Origin: Candidatus Micrarchaeota archaeon
GTDB taxonomy: Archaea; Micrarchaeota; Micrarchaeia; Norongarragalinales; Norongarragalinaceae
Direction: 5' to 3'
Assembly (NCBI GenBank): GCA_043805205.1
Contig: JAZDIF010000074.1
Location: 1-27,519 of the forward strand
DNA: 27,519 nucleotides
Part shown: positions 25,896 to 27,519 of the stretch, in pieces
Numbering within the stretch: position 1 is the first letter of the stretch
Layout: each line of letters opens with the position of its first letter
Program-made: the position numbers and the translations under genes
Notes under the pieces: generated by a model
What the model saw: the letters and a program-made list of their open reading frames with translations, nothing else
The model's database searches: none
What the model was told of the DNA's origin: nothing

Positions 25896-27203
25896 ATGGG
25901 AAAGGCTGAAGAGGAAGAAGGAATTCAGGGAAAGAGAAGCGAGTACGCTAATGAACGGTTTATTGATGAGAGGGTTTATGCTTCTCTCTGCGAAGAGTAC
26001 CCTGAATTGCTTTCTAAAAATGGAGAGGCTAGTTTTCGTACGAAGAACTTGGCTAGAGTGTTGGCTGACAAGCGACTGTCTAGAAGCAATAGGGAAAGGC
26101 TATTGGAGTTTAACAGGGAGAAGGAGATTGAAGGCTTGAGCTTAGGCTCTAGGTACAACTACTTGTACAACCTGAAGAGCTTGGCTGTTAGCGTCAGGAA
26201 GAACTTCGGGGAAATGACTGAAGAGGATTTGAAGAAGTACCTAGCGAAGAAGAGCTATTTGAAAAGCCCAGAGTTTAAGATTTGCATTAGGCGGTTTTTC
26301 CAGTGGGCTTATGGCTTGAAGGACGGAGAGTACCCTAAGGTTATTTCTTGGTTGAGATTGTCTTTTGACAAGAAGAGGAAGCTTCCTGAAGAGATGCTGA
26401 CGCAAGAGGACGTTTTAGCTTTGGTTAAAGCCTGCGATAACGAGAGGGACAAGGCTATTGTAATGGTTTTGTACGACACTGGAATGAGAGCTGGAGAGCT
26501 TGTGAGTTTGGAAGTGAAACACTTTCAGCCGGACAAGTACGGCGGTTGTCTGCTTATTCCAGACGGGAAGACTGGAAGCCGGAAGGTTAGGCTGACGCTC
26601 TCCCTTCCAACATTAAGAAACTGGTTGAACAACCACCCTAACAAAGACAAGCCTAACAGTGCTTTGTTTCCGCTTCAGAGGGATTACTATTCGCATATTA
26701 AGAACGTAAATTACTTGGGCTATTTACTGAACCAGTTGAAGAGAAGAAGCGGTTTGAAGAAGAGGCTTTACTCTCACTTGTTCAGGCACTCTAGAGCCAC
26801 TGAAATGGCTTCAGAGTTTTCAGAGCAAGAGCTGAAAATGTTTTTCGGCTGGACTGCTGGAAGCAATATGCCCGCTAATTACATTCATATGAGCTTCAAC
26901 AACTTGGACAGGAAGATTTTGGCTAAGGAAGGGCTTTTGGAAGAGAAGGACAAGGAGAAGAAGCTCTTGGAAATGAAGGTTTGCTCTCGTTGTGGAACTA
27001 GGAATTCTGCTGACGCTGTGCTTTGCTCTAGCTGTAGCTTCAATTTGGAAAGCGAAAAGCTGATGCTAGGCGTACTGAAGGAATTGGTTTCCCAGAACAC
27101 TCCTGAAGCGACTGCTGTCGGAAAGGCTATTTTGAAGCAAATGGGTGGCGTGAATTTTGAAAAAGACGGGAAGAAGTACCGGCTTGAGCTTGTTTCAGAC
27201 TAA
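25896..27203 (+). CDS. Tyrosine recombinase/integrase with C-terminal zinc ribbon
   Basis: Catalytic set YDTGMRAGEL (R), GKTG (K), HLFRHSRAT (HxxR), FGW (W), NYIH (Y); CSRC-x10-CSSC Zn ribbon. TTTAAAAA TATA-like box at 25866-25873 suggests a leaderless ATG 25896. Confidence 0.95.
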   Translation: MGKAEEEEGIQGKRSEYANERFIDERVYASLCEEYPELLSKNGEASFRTKNLARVLADKRLSRSNRERLLEFNREKEIEGLSLGSRYNYLYNLKSLAVSVRKNFGEMTEEDLKKYLAKKSYLKSPEFKICIRRFFQWAYGLKDGEYPKVISWLRLSFDKKRKLPEEMLTQEDVLALVKACDNERDKAIVMVLYDTGMRAGELVSLEVKHFQPDKYGGCLLIPDGKTGSRKVRLTLSLPTLRNWLNNHPNKDKPNSALFPLQRDYYSHIKNVNYLGYLLNQLKRRSGLKKRLYSHLFRHSRATEMASEFSEQELKMFFGWTAGSNMPANYIHMSFNNLDRKILAKEGLLEEKDKEKKLLEMKVCSRCGTRNSADAVLCSSCSFNLESEKLMLGVLKELVSQNTPEATAVGKAILKQMGGVNFEKDGKKYRLELVSD

Positions 27204-27519
27204 CTTTTGAAGGGCTTAATGTCTTTTTTAGGCTTCCTTTCGTTTTCCTTCACGTACCGCATAAACCGTTCTTTCATTTTCTCTTCTTCCTGAAGCAGTA
27301 CTGTTCTAAATTGCTTGTCGTGTTCTCCTAAAAGCTCTGCTATCAGAACGCTTTTGCTCGTTTTACTCATTTCTAAGTGTCTTTTGCTGTGTTCTGGGTT
27401 TTTCAGTCGCTTGTATAAGTACGTCATTTGAAGCGGTAAAACCCACTTTCTTCCAGTGCGTTCAAACCACTTGTAAATGATGGATTTCTCTTCTGTTTCT
27501 AACAAATCGGTTAATAGCG
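27200..27519 (-). CDS. Hypothetical protein, 5'-truncated, convergent with the integrase
   Basis: The frame stays open to the window edge upstream of TTG 27505. The stop overlaps the integrase stop, and the composition resembles the integrase. Confidence 0.55.
   Translation of the reverse strand, partial: LLTDLLETEEKSIIYKWFERTGRKWVLPLQMTYLYKRLKNPEHSKRHLEMSKTSKSVLIAELLGEHDKQFRTVLLQEEEKMKERFMRYVKENERKPKKDIKPFKS

Larger units (their letters stand above)
25842..27519. mobile_element. Left end of a putative integrative element or provirus (extends beyond the window)
   Basis: Tyrosine integrase as first gene. Shift to lower GC and A/T-ending codons: hand counts of three 60-nt lines gave about 38-48% GC in the integrase, versus about 62% for two lines in lemA. 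The boundary is inferred. Confidence 0.55.

Noticed and set aside
25964-26005. TGATGA...CTGA inside the integrase gene as a second C/D sRNA
   Set aside because: No internal D'/C' boxes, no recognisable rRNA complementarity, and it lies within a coding region.

Overview
Archaeal chromosome segment. Support: archaeal-type TyrRS, A1Ao ATP synthase operon in H-I-K-E-C-F-A-B-D order, GGTGG/GGAGGTG ribosome-binding sites, TATA boxes and a box C/D guide RNA. The compact gene packing, orphan ORFs and Cys-rich surface protein suggest a DPANN lineage such as Micrarchaeota or Diapherotrites (inference). Contents in order: a 5'-truncated large membrane/surface protein, PsbP-like protein, tRNA-Gly(CCC), SpoIIM-like protein, PLD-family protein, GNAT, JAMM protease, tyrS, an orphan polytopic membrane protein, ahcY, the complete ATP synthase operon with an orphan ORF between B and D, pyrF, a K+-independent membrane pyrophosphatase, a 963-aa putative lipoprotein, an orphan, a PfkB kinase, htpX, lemA, and the left edge of a putative integrative element (tyrosine integrase). 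Main observations outside the ORF track: (1) a complete box C/D sRNA at ~25786-25841 whose guides are predicted to direct 23S rRNA Gm2251 (P loop) and Um2438 (E. coli numbering); (2) the integrase and a compositional shift begin right after this sRNA, so it may be the integration site; (3) the pyrophosphatase has its catalytic DNVGDNVGD motif collapsed to DNVGD; (4) an orphan gene inside the ATP synthase operon and a Lys/Ala-rich tail on subunit E. All family assignments come from motif recognition by eye; no database searches were run.
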